From assembly GCA_963699545.1 (NCBI GenBank), contig CAVOUE010000002.1:1-64000 (forward strand): DNA of 64,000 bases. The letters are read 5' to 3'. This stretch comes from Nitrospirota bacterium (GTDB lineage Bacteria; Nitrospirota; Thermodesulfovibrionia; Thermodesulfovibrionales; UBA9159). A program made the translations under genes and the position numbers. Numbering within the stretch: the first letter of the stretch is position 1; every line of letters starts with the position of its first letter. Under the pieces are notes generated by a model. The model did not search any database. It was given only the letters and a program-made list of their open reading frames with translations, and was not told the origin of the DNA. Of the stretch, positions 40,664 to 52,409 are shown piece by piece.

Positions 40664-42879
40664 AAGGCCTGCAACGCGTTACAGCCTTCTTTGTCGCCCA
40701 GATGGCATGCCTTCTGAAAATCCAGCATGGCAAGCTCTTTGTTCCCTGTTCTGAGGTGGAGGTCTCCACGATTGAAATAAGCCAGAATATGCTTTTGATC
40801 GAGGCGGATGGCCTTAGTATAGTCTTCAAGGGCCCTGTCGTTTTGACCGACGCGGGAATAGGAAATGCCCCGGCTGACGTATGCGTCAACGTTGTTGGGG
40901 TCTATCTCAAGGGACTTATTGAGAGACTCAATTGAAGCATCAAACAGACCAGCCTTGCCATATGCGATGCCCTTATGAGCATAGGCTTCAGAATAGCGTG
41001 GTTTCAATGCAATTGCTCTATCGTAGTCTGCGATCGCCCTATCAAGCTGTCCGGTCTTTTCAAAAGCACTGCCCCGGTTATTATAGGCCTCAGAATAGCC
41101 CGGTTTCAGAGCAATGGCCTTATCATAGTCTGCGATCGCCTCATCAAACCGTCCCACTTTACTAAGCGCAATACCCCTGTTGTTATAGGCTGTGTGATAA
41201 GACGGGTACAATGCGATTGCCCTGTTAAAACCTGCAAGCGCCTTATCAAACAGGCCTTTTTCACCATAGGCGGTTCCAATATTATTGTGCCCTATCGGCG
41301 CATCAGGGCTCTTGCGGACAACGTCCTCCCACAGGCTCACCTTATCCTTCCATAATACGTTCCGCGCGTACGTGGCTGACGCAAGCCCCAGGACGATCAC
41401 CACGAACAGGGCAGCGGCAACCTTCAGTTTATATGCAGACCCGCCCGGGAACCCTTGAAGAAAGAGCGCTATGCCGGTCATTACCGCAAGGAAAAAGCCG
41501 ACCGAGGGGAGATAGACCCTGTACTCATTTATCAACATCGGTATCGGGATAATGCTCGATTCGACAGACAGCGTGATGAAGAACCAGAGGATGCCGAAAG
41601 CGATCAACCGCTGAGAGACGATAGGTGAAACAACCTCTTGCCCATTCCCCATTGCCCTTCGCCTGCTTTTGTACACGAGATACACCGCCGCTCCGAAGAG
41701 GGACGACAGAAAGAGAAAAGACAGCATAACAGGCAATGCGAAGAAAGAATGATACAAGGGGTAATGATAAGCGATGTTCTGGCCCACCGGCATGACGAGG
41801 AGCCGCAGGTAGGTGACGATCACCCTGAACTGTGTGAAAAAATAGTCTGCCGGCTCAGGCGTGATATAGCCCAGAGACGCAGGGTCCTTCACCTGGCTTA
41901 TGATCTCCCCCGGTGTGCTGCCTGTCCCCATTATCGTCAGCGGGACGATCAGCATGGTGAGGAGGAACGGCGCCAGCCGCAACACCCTGCCCTTCAGCTG
42001 CCCGCTGAAGAACAGAAACTCATAGAGCGTGATAACGACCGGCAATGTGAAAGCGTTCTCCTTCGTCTTCATGGCAAAAACGGCGGAAAGAAGAGACAAT
42101 AGATACCATAGTATCGTGAACCGTGAAGCTTTTACTGACTGCTGACCGCTGACCGCTGACTGCCGGGCTGAAAGCCTCCCTTTTACGTACAGCACCAGCG
42201 AAAGGAGAAAGAACAGGCTCACAAGGGAGGCCATCCTCTGGAAAACGTAGGTCACCGCTTCTGTCTGGATGGGGTGAGCAACGAAAAGAAGGGCAACAGC
42301 AAGGGCGAAAAATCGTGAATCGTGAATCGTGAATCGTGAATGGTGCGTAGTGAACTGAGCAACCCCTCCCTGTTCCCCCCTTGAATGAAGGGGGGATGAA
42401 GGGGGGTTATTGCTGATAGCTGACAGCTGACGGTCAAAATACGGCGTCCTGAAGGTCAGAAGAACAAGAAAATAAACCAGTATCGCATTGACGAGATGAA
42501 TCGCAAGATTAACAAGGTGATAGCCGAGGACATTAAACCCGTGAAGTTTGTAGTTCAGGGCAAAGGTGAGGTATCCTATGTACCTCGACTTGAGGCCGTC
42601 ATAGACCGGCATCCCCTCCGCCCTCGAGATGTCCGTAAAATAGCCCAGATCTCTTATGACAGCATTCCCCACGATGAACTCCGTCTCGTCCCACTGGAAG
42701 GGGCCGTGAAAAGTGTTGGAGTAAGCCAGAAAACCGAGAATCCCAATAAGCAGAAGATGGATGAGCTGTCTATTTAAGAAACCTTCTTTATCGGAAGATC
42801 TTGGAGCTGCCGGACGCCCTTTTTCATTGTCGCTGACATCGGGAGATGATGACTGTTCTTCCGTTGGAGCCTTGTCCAT
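40660..42879 (-). CDS. TMTC-like GT-C/TPR protein (paralog 6)
   Basis: FQWDE, HPIQTEAVTYVFQR, KTKE, EYRVYLPS and TPRs. Confidence 0.87.
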   Translation of the reverse strand: MDKAPTEEQSSSPDVSDNEKGRPAAPRSSDKEGFLNRQLIHLLLIGILGFLAYSNTFHGPFQWDETEFIVGNAVIRDLGYFTDISRAEGMPVYDGLKSRYIGYLTFALNYKLHGFNVLGYHLVNLAIHLVNAILVYFLVLLTFRTPYFDRQLSAISNNPPSSPLHSRGEQGGVAQFTTHHSRFTIHDSRFFALAVALLFVAHPIQTEAVTYVFQRMASLVSLFFLLSLVLYVKGRLSARQSAVSGQQSVKASRFTILWYLLSLLSAVFAMKTKENAFTLPVVITLYEFLFFSGQLKGRVLRLAPFLLTMLIVPLTIMGTGSTPGEIISQVKDPASLGYITPEPADYFFTQFRVIVTYLRLLVMPVGQNIAYHYPLYHSFFALPVMLSFLFLSSLFGAAVYLVYKSRRRAMGNGQEVVSPIVSQRLIAFGILWFFITLSVESSIIPIPMLINEYRVYLPSVGFFLAVMTGIALFLQGFPGGSAYKLKVAAALFVVIVLGLASATYARNVLWKDKVSLWEDVVRKSPDAPIGHNNIGTAYGEKGLFDKALAGFNRAIALYPSYHTAYNNRGIALSKVGRFDEAIADYDKAIALKPGYSEAYNNRGSAFEKTGQLDRAIADYDRAIALKPRYSEAYAHKGIAYGKAGLFDASIESLNKSLEIDPNNVDAYVSRGISYSRVGQNDRALEDYTKAIRLDQKHILAYFNRGDLHLRTGNKELAMLDFQKACHLGDKEGCNALQAL

Positions 42880-43116
42880 TGACTACTATACCATAAGATA
42901 GTTATTGCACCGACATTCGCCGGGAGCGTGCGTTTGTCGTGTCTCCGTGTGGTTGATGAGGTGAGAAATCAGCCTCACTTTTCATTGCCCACTTTTCACC
43001 ACTTACCGTTCACTTTTCACCCTTTTTGCAGAAATAGAAGGAGTGACATGGAAGCGGCACGAGAGCGCAAGGATTTCGTCCTTTTCATCAGGTTGGGGTA
43101 ATTGTTATAATTCTCA

Positions 43117-44106
43117 ATGAAGAAAGCCCTTGTCATTATCCCCACCTACAATGAAAAGGAAACGCTCCCCGCTGTCGTCCATTCCATTCTGAAGCACGCC
43201 GGGTTCGACATCCTCGTGATCGACGACGGTTCTCCAGACGGTACGGCCGGAGTCGTCAGGGAACTAATGGCGACCGGGAACAGGGTGTTCCTTATTGAAA
43301 GGCCCGGGAAGCTCGGCCTCGGCACCGCATACGTGGAAGGCTTCAAATGGGGGCTTGAACGGGGCTATGACTATTTTATCGAGATGGACGCAGACGGGTC
43401 GCATGATCCTGAAGCATTGCCTTCTTTTATCGGTGAGATGGAAAAAGGCCGTGATCTGGTCATCGGGGGCAGATATCTCAACGGAAGGATCAGTGTCGTC
43501 GGATGGGATTTTCACAGGCTCATGCTGTCAAAGGCCGGTAATTTCTACGCCGCATGGATGCTGGGTTCGAGGCTGACGGATCTGACGAGCGGCTTCAGGT
43601 GTTACTCCCGGAAGGCCCTCGAGTCCATTGACCTCGATAAGATACATTCTAACGGTTACGCGTTCCAGATAGAGATGGCCTACCGTGTTTCAGCGGCCGG
43701 CGGCAGGGTCGGCGAAATGCCTATCATATTCTACGAGCGCACATCGGGCATTTCCAAGATGTCGAAGAAGATAATCCGGGAGGCTGTTGGCCTTCCCTGG
43801 CGGTTGCGGCTCATGCGGACCTTCGGCGGCAGACTGAAAGGCGGGGCTGCGGACATGAGCTATCACGTCAGGACGATCATCGGACTTCTCCTTGTCATCA
43901 TGGGCCTTGCGGGCTGTCTGTACCTCGGATGGTGGCTGAGCACTGAAGGTGACATCGTCGAGATCATTCACAGAGCCAAGATGAGCCTGCCGGGGTGGGC
44001 ATGGGTTGTAATGAAGATCGGCCTTGCCGCCTTTTCCGGGGTATTGTTCATAGCGTTCTTTGCGGCTTTGGCTGTAATGGTTTTTGCGGGCGGTGGAAAG
44101 AAGTAG
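43117..44106 (+). CDS. Polyprenol-phosphate-mannose synthase-like GT2 (Ppm1/DPM1) with two C-terminal TM helices
   Basis: IIPTYNE, DDGSPDGT, GKLGLGTAY, EMDADGSH, DLTSGFR, SNGYAFQIE and SKMS. Confidence 0.85.
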   Translation: MKKALVIIPTYNEKETLPAVVHSILKHAGFDILVIDDGSPDGTAGVVRELMATGNRVFLIERPGKLGLGTAYVEGFKWGLERGYDYFIEMDADGSHDPEALPSFIGEMEKGRDLVIGGRYLNGRISVVGWDFHRLMLSKAGNFYAAWMLGSRLTDLTSGFRCYSRKALESIDLDKIHSNGYAFQIEMAYRVSAAGGRVGEMPIIFYERTSGISKMSKKIIREAVGLPWRLRLMRTFGGRLKGGAADMSYHVRTIIGLLLVIMGLAGCLYLGWWLSTEGDIVEIIHRAKMSLPGWAWVVMKIGLAAFSGVLFIAFFAALAVMVFAGGGKK

Positions 44107-44144
44107 GTGCACGCTTCTCTTTCGGTTTTGTAAGCCTTGTCCCT

Positions 44145-46453
44145 TCACCTGAACCGGGGATTCTGCAGATCGGCACAACTCTGTGTGCTCCCCAGAGAAC
44201 AGGCCTGCTGAAAGTCCGCCAGCAGCGCTGCTCATATCTCCCTTGCTGAGGTAGACGAGCGCCGCGGTTTCTGTAGGCCTCGGGATCGCGCGGACTGAGT
44301 TCCACGAATCTTGTAAAGGCGGCAAGGGCCTCGTCGAGACGTCCGAGTCTCGCGTAGGTCGTTCCAAGGCCGTGAAAGGCCGCACTATTGTTGGGGTTTA
44401 CGGCGATCGCCCTGCGAAAATTCTCGATGGCCTCATGAGGCCGTCCGAGATCCGAGTAGGCACGGCCCAGGTTGAGATAAGCGGCGCTGTTTTTCGGATC
44501 TTTTGCAACTACCGCTTAGAACTTTTCAATGGCCGCATCGAGACGGCCGGTAACGGCATAAACTACCCCGAGATTCATATAGGCGTTCAGATAGCGGGGG
44601 TTCAATGCGATAGTGTGTTCATACATCCTGATCGCTTCATCGTTCCTGCCCTTTTCATAGTAGGCGATTCCCAGATTGTTATACCCCCTTGAGGAATTCG
44701 GGCTTTTGCGGACAACGTCCTCCCACAGGCTGATCTTGTCCTTCCATAGCACGTTCCGCGCATAGGTGGCTGCCGCAAGCACCAGTATGATCAGCGCAAA
44801 CAGGGCAGCGGCAAACTCTTGGCGAATCGTGAATAGTGAATCGTGACTAGTGAACTCTGCTTAACGAGAAGCAGTGATACCCGCAACAAGCGCAATGAAA
44901 GAACCCGACCGAGGGCAGGTAGACCCTGTATTCGTTTATCAAGCATCGGTATCGGGATGATGCTCGATTCGACCGAAAGCGTTATGAAAAACCAGAGGAT
45001 GCCGAAGGCGATAAGACGATAAAAGGTGTAATAGGTGAAACGCCCCCCTTTACTTCCCCCCTTGGCAAGGGGGGATTGAGGGGGGTGTCTTCCTCATGGC
45101 TGACTGACCTGAAGGCTGATGGCCGACTTGCTCATCACTTATTGCCCTTCGCCTGCTTTTGTACGACAGATACACCGCCGCCCCGAAGAAGGCCGCCAGA
45201 AACAGAAAAGACAGCAAAACCGGCGGTCGAAGAACGAATGATACAAGGGATAATCATAATCGATGTTCTGGCCGACCGGCAGGAAGAGGAGCCGTATGTA
45301 GGTGACAATGACCCTGAACTGGGTAAAAAGATAGTCTGCCGGCGCCGGGGTGATATAACCCATGTGACGCAGGGTCTTTCACCTGGCTTATGATCTCCCC
45401 CGGTGTGCTGCCTGCACCCATTATCGTCAGCGGGACGATCAGCATGGTGAGGAGAAAGGGCGCAAGCCTCAACAACCTGCGTCTTCACCGGCCCGCTGAA
45501 GAAGAGAAATTCATAAAGCGTAATGATGACCGGCAGGGTAAAGGCGTTTTCCTTTGTCTTCATCGCAAGGACGGCGGAAAGAAGAGACAGATAGATACCA
45601 TAGGCTGAAGTCGTGAAGCGATGCAGAGCGGTTGTTAGCCTCTGACTTGCTGACCTGCTTGACTCGGTCTGACCTGCCGAGCTGATCAGCCTTCCTTTTA
45701 TGTACAGCACCAGCGACAGCAGATAAAACATGCTCACAAGGGACGCAAGCCTCTGGAAAACATAGGTCACCGCCTCTGTCTGGATGGGGTGAGCGACAAA
45801 GAGCAGGGCAACGGCAAGGGCGAAAAATCGTGAATCGTGAATCGTGAATCGTGAATCGTGCAGGGGCAGTGGTACCTCCCCCGGCCTTGACTCCTGACTC
45901 CTGACTGCCCCAGCCCCTCCTTGTCCCCGCCTTGCCAAGGGGGCGATGGGGGGGTAGGAAATACGGCGTCCTGAAGGTCAGCAGAACAAGAAAATAGACC
46001 AGTATCGCATTTATAAGATGAATGGCAAGATTAACGACATGATAGCCGAGGACATTGAACCCGTGCAGTTTATAGTTCAGGGCAAAGGTGAGATATCCTA
46101 TGTACCTTGACTTGAGGCCGTCATAGACCGGCAGACCCCTCTGCCCGCGAGATGTCCGTAAAATAGCCCAGGTTTCTGATAATAGGGTTCCCCACAATGA
46201 AATCCGCCTCGTCCCACTGAAAAGGGTTCTGGAAGGTATTGGAATACGCCAGAAGACCGAGGACAACGATCAGGAGGAGGTGGACAACCAGTCCTGAAAG
46301 GAAGAAACTCCCCTTATCGGGAGACGCTGGAGATTGTGAACGGACTGTTTCATTGTCCTTGTTGGACTGCACGGTCGTCAGGCTATCCACTTGTGAGTTC
46401 GCTGGCCCGCCGGCCTGCGCCGATGATCGTTTCTTCCTCGATGCCTTGCCCAT
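44145..46453 (-). pseudogene. TMTC-like GT-C/TPR gene (paralog 7), many frameshifts (error or decay)
   Basis: MGKASR start, FQWDE, HPIQTEAVTYVFQR, RNVLWKD and TPRs ending DFQQACSLG...RFR*. Confidence 0.75.
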
Positions 46454-46564
46454 GGAGTAATATAACACAAACATTTATTGCGGCGACAACGATGTTAACA
46501 AGAGGATTCGGCGAGCCGTTAAGTGGTTGAGCGGTTTATCCAGATCGACCCCTCAACGACCTGA

Positions 46565-48598
46565 CTACTTACTATTCATTTCATTCTTGCTTTTCAGCCC
46601 CCTGGCCCTTTCAAGGTTCTGCCGGTAGGCGGGGACGCCGGGAGAAAGCCGAATCGCCTCCTCAAAGTGCTTGATCGCCTCATCATAGAACCCTTTTTGC
46701 CCGTAGAGGACGCCAAGAATATTGCGATAATCGCCGTTTTTCGGCTCCAGGCTCACCGCCGCCCTGAGCGCACGCTATCGCTTCATCCAGCCGTTTCACT
46801 TGCACGTATACGCGCCCGAGCTTGACATGCGCCTCGGCAAAATCATACTTCAGCCGCAGTGCGGCATGAAACTGTTCAATCGCCTTTTCTGCCATGTTAT
46901 TTTCGGCATAGGCCACCCCCAGTAAATACCGGTTCCCGGCATCATTCGGAAGCAATGAGACAGCTTTCTGAAGATATTCTATCGCTTTTCCGGCCTCCCC
47001 CATTTTGAGGTACGTCTCCCCGAGGTTGATAAGGGCGTCATCATACCGGGGATCAAGTTCCAATGCCCTCTGGAACTGTTCGATCGCCGGGGCGTTCAAG
47101 CCCTGCTTCAGAAAGGCGGCTCCAAGGTTATTATGGGCGATCCTATTGCCCGGGTCCATGGTCAGGACAAGCCGGTATTGCTCAATGGCCTCGTCGATCA
47201 TGCCTTTCTCCAGTAATGCGTCTCCAAGACCCAGGTGCGGCAGGACGCCGTCAGGAGATTTCCTGGCGGTATCCCTGAATAACACGATTTCGTCTTTCCA
47301 ATCCGGCGTTTCTGCCGACCGTACCGGCGCTGTAAAGGAGCAGCACCGCTGTGATTCCTATGGTCATCCCGGCTGACGCCCGCGGATATTTTTCTGCTGC
47401 CCGGGCAAGAAGGTATGCCATGAGGAAACAAAACCCCACTGACGGGAGATAGAGATACCTTTCCGTAAAGACGTTCCTCCCGAGTCCCGGAATATAAAAG
47501 GCCGGCAGGAGAGGGATCACGATCAGCAGGAGACCGAAGAAAGCCGTCCGGTCCTTTCTGAGAGAAAGGTATGCGGCGGCCGAAAAGAACGCCGCAATGA
47601 GCAATGATGCTATTGTCCTTGTCTCTGTGATTGATCCGACAGGATGAAACACATGGTATGCATTGAGCTCCGCCGGCAGGAAGAGTTTCTCCAGATATTG
47701 GCTGAAGAGCGGAAAAATATTCATGACAATCCGGAGCGCATTCAGGTCCTTATGCAGATTTACCGGAGCGAACCCGCCGAGAGCGCTCATCCTCATGATA
47801 AAGTAGATCCCTGCAACCGCAAAGTAAGGTATGTATTTTTTTATATGATCCTTGCGTGCTCCCCCCACCCCGTGCCGGGCAACGCTTCCTTCATGGCCTG
47901 CCTCGCCCTTCTCAGGCAGCATCGGACGACGAAAAACAGAGTCATACGCAACAAGAATGAGCGGAAGCACCAGCGCCGTCTCCTTACAAAGGGCAGCCAG
48001 GAAAAAGAAGAACACGGACAGGGCATAAGAGAGACCAGCTTCGTGAGCTGACAAAGAGATAAAAGGACAGGAGACAAAAGAATGCGAACGAGACCTCCGG
48101 CAACCCGGAGACCCATGTTACGGCCTCCGTATGAACAGGATGGACTGTGAACAGAAGCGCGGCGACAAAGGCAACAGAACGTGAACCGTGAATCGTGTAT
48201 CGCGAATCGACCAGGGGCGGGGCGCCCCTGCCTTTTTCTCCGGCAACCAGCAGCCTCTCGCTCACAAGAAAGACCATAACCGAAACGCCGCAGTGGAAAA
48301 GAATGTTCACCATATGAAAGCCCCAGGGCACAAGCCCGAAGAGATAAAAGTCGAGCATGAAAACGACATGCATCAGAGGCCGGTAATAGTTGGCGGAAAA
48401 TTCTTCCTGGAAACCCCATACAGGACTTGAGAACATATCGGGGACATGGCTGATATCGGTGATCCAGGGGTTTTCCACCACCTGGGGAATATCATCGTAG
48501 ACAAAACCATTGAAGAGAGCGTTGAAGTAAACGGCAAAGCTGACAGCAACGATTATGACCGCGAGAATAAAGGTTCTTCCCCTCGATGCCTTGTCCAT
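46565..48598 (-). CDS. TMTC-like GT-C/TPR protein (paralog 8), frameshifted
   Basis: FVYDD, NYYRP, HPVHTEAVTWV, TERYLYLPS and TPRs over four ORFs. Confidence 0.8.
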
Positions 48599-48744
48599 GG
48601 AGTAATATACCATACGCAGTTACAGCAGGTGATTGAGTAGTCAAGATAAGTGGTAACGACCGATCACTCTGCGTTCCTTAGAGCCGACGCAATTATTCAG
48701 CCAATCACCCCTACATTACTGACTTCCTGCTCACTTCTCACCAT

Positions 48745-51118
48745 TTACTGTTTGCTTTTCATCCCCCTGGCCCTTTCGAGGTTCTGCCGGTAGGCAGGGC
48801 TTTCCGGGGCCAGCCGGAGGGCTGCCTCGAACTGTTTGATAGCCTCATCATATAAACCTTTTTGTCCGTATAAAACCCCGAGGGTGTTGTGATAATAGCT
48901 GTCCTCCGGCCTCAGTCTCACGGCAGCCTCGAGCTCCGCTATCGCTTTGTCCAGCTGTTTCACCTCATGTATGCGCGTCCGAGGTTGTAATGCGCCACGG
49001 GATAATCCGGCGCAAACTGCAGGATCTTCAGATAGCTATCGATCTCCTTTTCAATGTCCCCCTTTTGCCTGTACGCATTTGCGAGATTATTGAAAGCCGC
49101 GGCTGAATTGGGAGTGATCTTCAAGGCCGCCTGAAGCTCTTCAATCGCCTTGTCGGCAAGTCCCTTCTTCCCGTAGGCGTTTCCCAGATTGAGATGCGCC
49201 TGCCAATTGCGCGGGGCCAGCCGGAGGACTGTCTGATATTCCGCAATCGCCTCGTCGAGCCGGCCCATGGCCTCCAGGGTGTAGCCCAGGTTGATACGGG
49301 GAGTGGGCACATCCGGAGCGAGCTGCAATGGCCTTCCGGAATTGCTCGATCGCCTCTTCCTTTCTGCCCAGTTCCTCATAGACCAGTCCCAAGATTGTCG
49401 TATCCCATCCCCAGGCCGGGGCTCTTGCGCACGATGTCCTCCCACAGGCTGACTTTGTCTTTCCATACGCTATTCCGGGCATATGTGGCGGATGCGAGCG
49501 CAAGTATGATCAGCGCAAAACAAGCGGCAACCATCTGTGACTTGTTGACACGTGACTTGTGCCTGGCGAAGTCTGTTAACGAGAAGCGCTGACACCGGCC
49601 ACAAGCGCAAGGAAAAATCCGACCGACGGCAGGTAGACCCTGTACTCATCGATGACCATCGGTATCGGTATGATGCTCGATTCAACCGAAAGCGTTATGA
49701 AAAACCAGAGGATGCCGAAGCCGATGAGGCGTGAATAGTGAATAGGTGAATAGTGAGGATAACACCCCCCTTTATCTTCCCCCCTTGGCAAGGGGGGATT
49801 GAGGGGGGTATCTTCCTGCATGGCTGCATCTGACCGAAGGCTGACGGCCGATGAGCCGATTAGCCCTGTGCAGCTCTGCCTGCTTCTGTAAATCAGATAC
49901 ACCGCTGCCCCGAACAGGGCCGCCAGAAACAGGAAGGAAAGCAAGACCGGCGGCGCGAAGAACGACTGATATATCGGATAATCATAGAGCAGGTTCTGGC
50001 CTGAGGGCCAGAAGAGTAGCCGCAGGTAGGTGACAATGACCCTGAACTGGGTAAAGAGATAGTCTGCCGGCGTCGGGGTGATATAGCCCAGAGATACAGG
50101 GTCTTTCACCTGGCTTATGATCTCCCCCGGTGTGCTGCCTGCACCCATTATCGTCAGCGGAACGATCAGCATGGTGAGGAGAAAGGGCGCAAGCCTCAAC
50201 AGCCTGCGTCTTCACCGGCCCGCTAAAGAAGAGAAATTCATAAAGCGTATGATGACCGGCAGGGTAAAGGCGTTTTCCTTTGTCTTCATGGCAAGGACGG
50301 CGGAAAGAAAAGACAGGATAAAGCAGGTTAAGGCTGAGGTGAGGATGCGGAGCGGTGGAGCAGTCTTAGCTCTTCTGCCTTAACCTGCTGACCGCTGGCC
50401 TGCAACCTGTATCTGTCTTCCCTTTATGTACAGTACCAGCGACATCAGATAAAACAGGCTCACAAGGGACGCAAGCCGCTGAAATATATAGGTCACCGCC
50501 TCTGTCTGGATGGGGTGGCTGACAAAGAGCAGGGCAACGGCAAGGGCGACAAAACGTGAATCGTGAATGGTGAATCGTGAATGGTGCGTAGTGAACTGAG
50601 CAACCCCTCCCTGTTCCCCCCTTGACTAAGGGGGGATGAGGGGGGTTATTGCTGATCGCTGACAGCTGACTGGTCAAAATACGGCGTCCTGAACGTCAGC
50701 AGCACAAGAAAATAGACCAGCTATCGCATTTATTAGATGAATTGCAAGATTAACAACGTGATAGCCGAAGACATTAAACCCGTGAAGTTTATAGTTCAGG
50801 GCAAAGGTGAGATATCCTATATACCTTGACTTGAGGCCGTCATAGACCGGCAGACCCTCTGCCCGCGAGATGTCCGTAAAATAGCCCAGGTTTCTTATAA
50901 TAGGGTTCCCCACGATAAAATCCACTTCGTCCCACTGAAAAGGGCTCTGGAAGGTATTGGAATAGGCCAGAAAACCGAGGACGACTATCAGGAGAAGATG
51001 GACAACCTGCCTGGAAAAGAAGATCGTCCTTATCAGGAGGGTTGGAAGATACCGGCTCTTTCCTGTCTTTGCCTATATCCGCAGGTAACGACTGCGTTCT
51101 TCTTGAGGCCTTCCCCAT
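48745..51118 (-). pseudogene. TMTC-like GT-C/TPR gene (paralog 9), many frameshifts (error or decay)
   Basis: MGKASR start, YDGLKSRYIGYLTFALNY, DEYRVYLPS and TPR fragments; 5' half nearly identical to paralogs 6 and 7. Confidence 0.75.
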
Positions 51119-51290
51119 TGCGTACTATACCATAAGCGGTTATTGCGGCGGACCTACACAGAATCGCAGTTGGACGTCTCACAGAGATTCGTTCAGAAGC
51201 CTGGCACATAATTCGTTATCGGTCGGTCTGCAAGACATGCACTATCCACGAAAACAAGAAGCAGCCGGCCAGACTTCATGCTGTGCCCCC

Positions 51291-52067
51291 TCACTTTACG
51301 GCCTGGATGCCCTTGGCGGACTGATCCACCGTGATTTCGATCTTGGCGGCCTTCTTCAACCCTTCGACCCACTCATCTTCCCTCTTGTGCACCGCAGGGG
51401 TCATTAATTCCCGTTCGATGAAGGGACGCGCCTCTTCAAGGCTCATCTGCTGCCCCGACGGTCCCTTATACGACGCCTTCTTCTTTACATAGGTCTTCTT
51501 CACCTGTTGTGGATCTATCGCCACCTTACCAAAGATTTCCTTCTCCGTGATCATGTCAACGAGAATGTTCCTTTCGAACTGCTTCTTGAGCTCATCCTCC
51601 GTAAGCCCTGACCTCGCAAGATTTTCCCTGTAGGCGTCTTCCGACTTCAGACCCGTCTTCAGCTTTTTCAGCCTATCCGCAATAGCTTCAGTCGGCACCT
51701 TGATCCCCTGTCTTGTCGCCTCCTGAACAGCGAGCTCGCGGTAGATCAGTCTGTCCAGCGCGTCCTTCCTCACCTTTTCGTCCACCTTTGTGTTCCTCTC
51801 CTGTCCGGACTTTATATACTGTGGTGCGATCGTATTCATTTCCTCAATAAGGTCGCGCATAGTGATATTCACGCCGTTCACCTTTGCGACAATTGCTTTT
51901 TTCGAATCCTCAATACTTTTCTTGTATGATTCAACTGCCTTTGCCTGTTCGGGTGTCATGTTCGCAGTCCCTTTGCTTGAGGCTTTGTCCCCTTTGCATG
52001 AAACGCCTGCCAGGGCAAGGGCGCATACTATGGTCAGGGCGACCATTCTTCGTGATGTCCTGTTCAT
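51291..52067 (-). CDS. SurA N-terminal-domain lipoprotein
   Basis: MNRTSRR...LAGVSC lipobox, IVAKVNGVNIT and LKKAAKIEI; paralog of 17964-18647. Confidence 0.78.
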   Translation of the reverse strand: MNRTSRRMVALTIVCALALAGVSCKGDKASSKGTANMTPEQAKAVESYKKSIEDSKKAIVAKVNGVNITMRDLIEEMNTIAPQYIKSGQERNTKVDEKVRKDALDRLIYRELAVQEATRQGIKVPTEAIADRLKKLKTGLKSEDAYRENLARSGLTEDELKKQFERNILVDMITEKEIFGKVAIDPQQVKKTYVKKKASYKGPSGQQMSLEEARPFIERELMTPAVHKREDEWVEGLKKAAKIEITVDQSAKGIQAVK

Positions 52068-52409
52068 CTCTCCTCCGTCGTGTTTCAACGCACTCGTAAT
52101 AAGAATTCCTGAAAAAGAAGCCGTATCGAGCTTGCGGACAAACTTTATTAATATAGCATACCCCATGCAGTCCTTTCTCCCCCAACATATGCCCTGGCAG
52201 ATTCTTGTCGACAGGCTGAATTCTTTCAATTCGTGTATTAGACGATGGGCAGAGCAACCAATGGCGGCACCCACTGGACTATCGCCGGAACTTGCGGACC
52301 GTTTGAGAGATATGTAACCCATTGAAATCAGGTAGTTTTGCGGTATTTTTCACTTCTCATTGAGACGGGCAATATGGTAAATTAGAAAAATGCAGCGCAA
52401 AAGAGCCTC

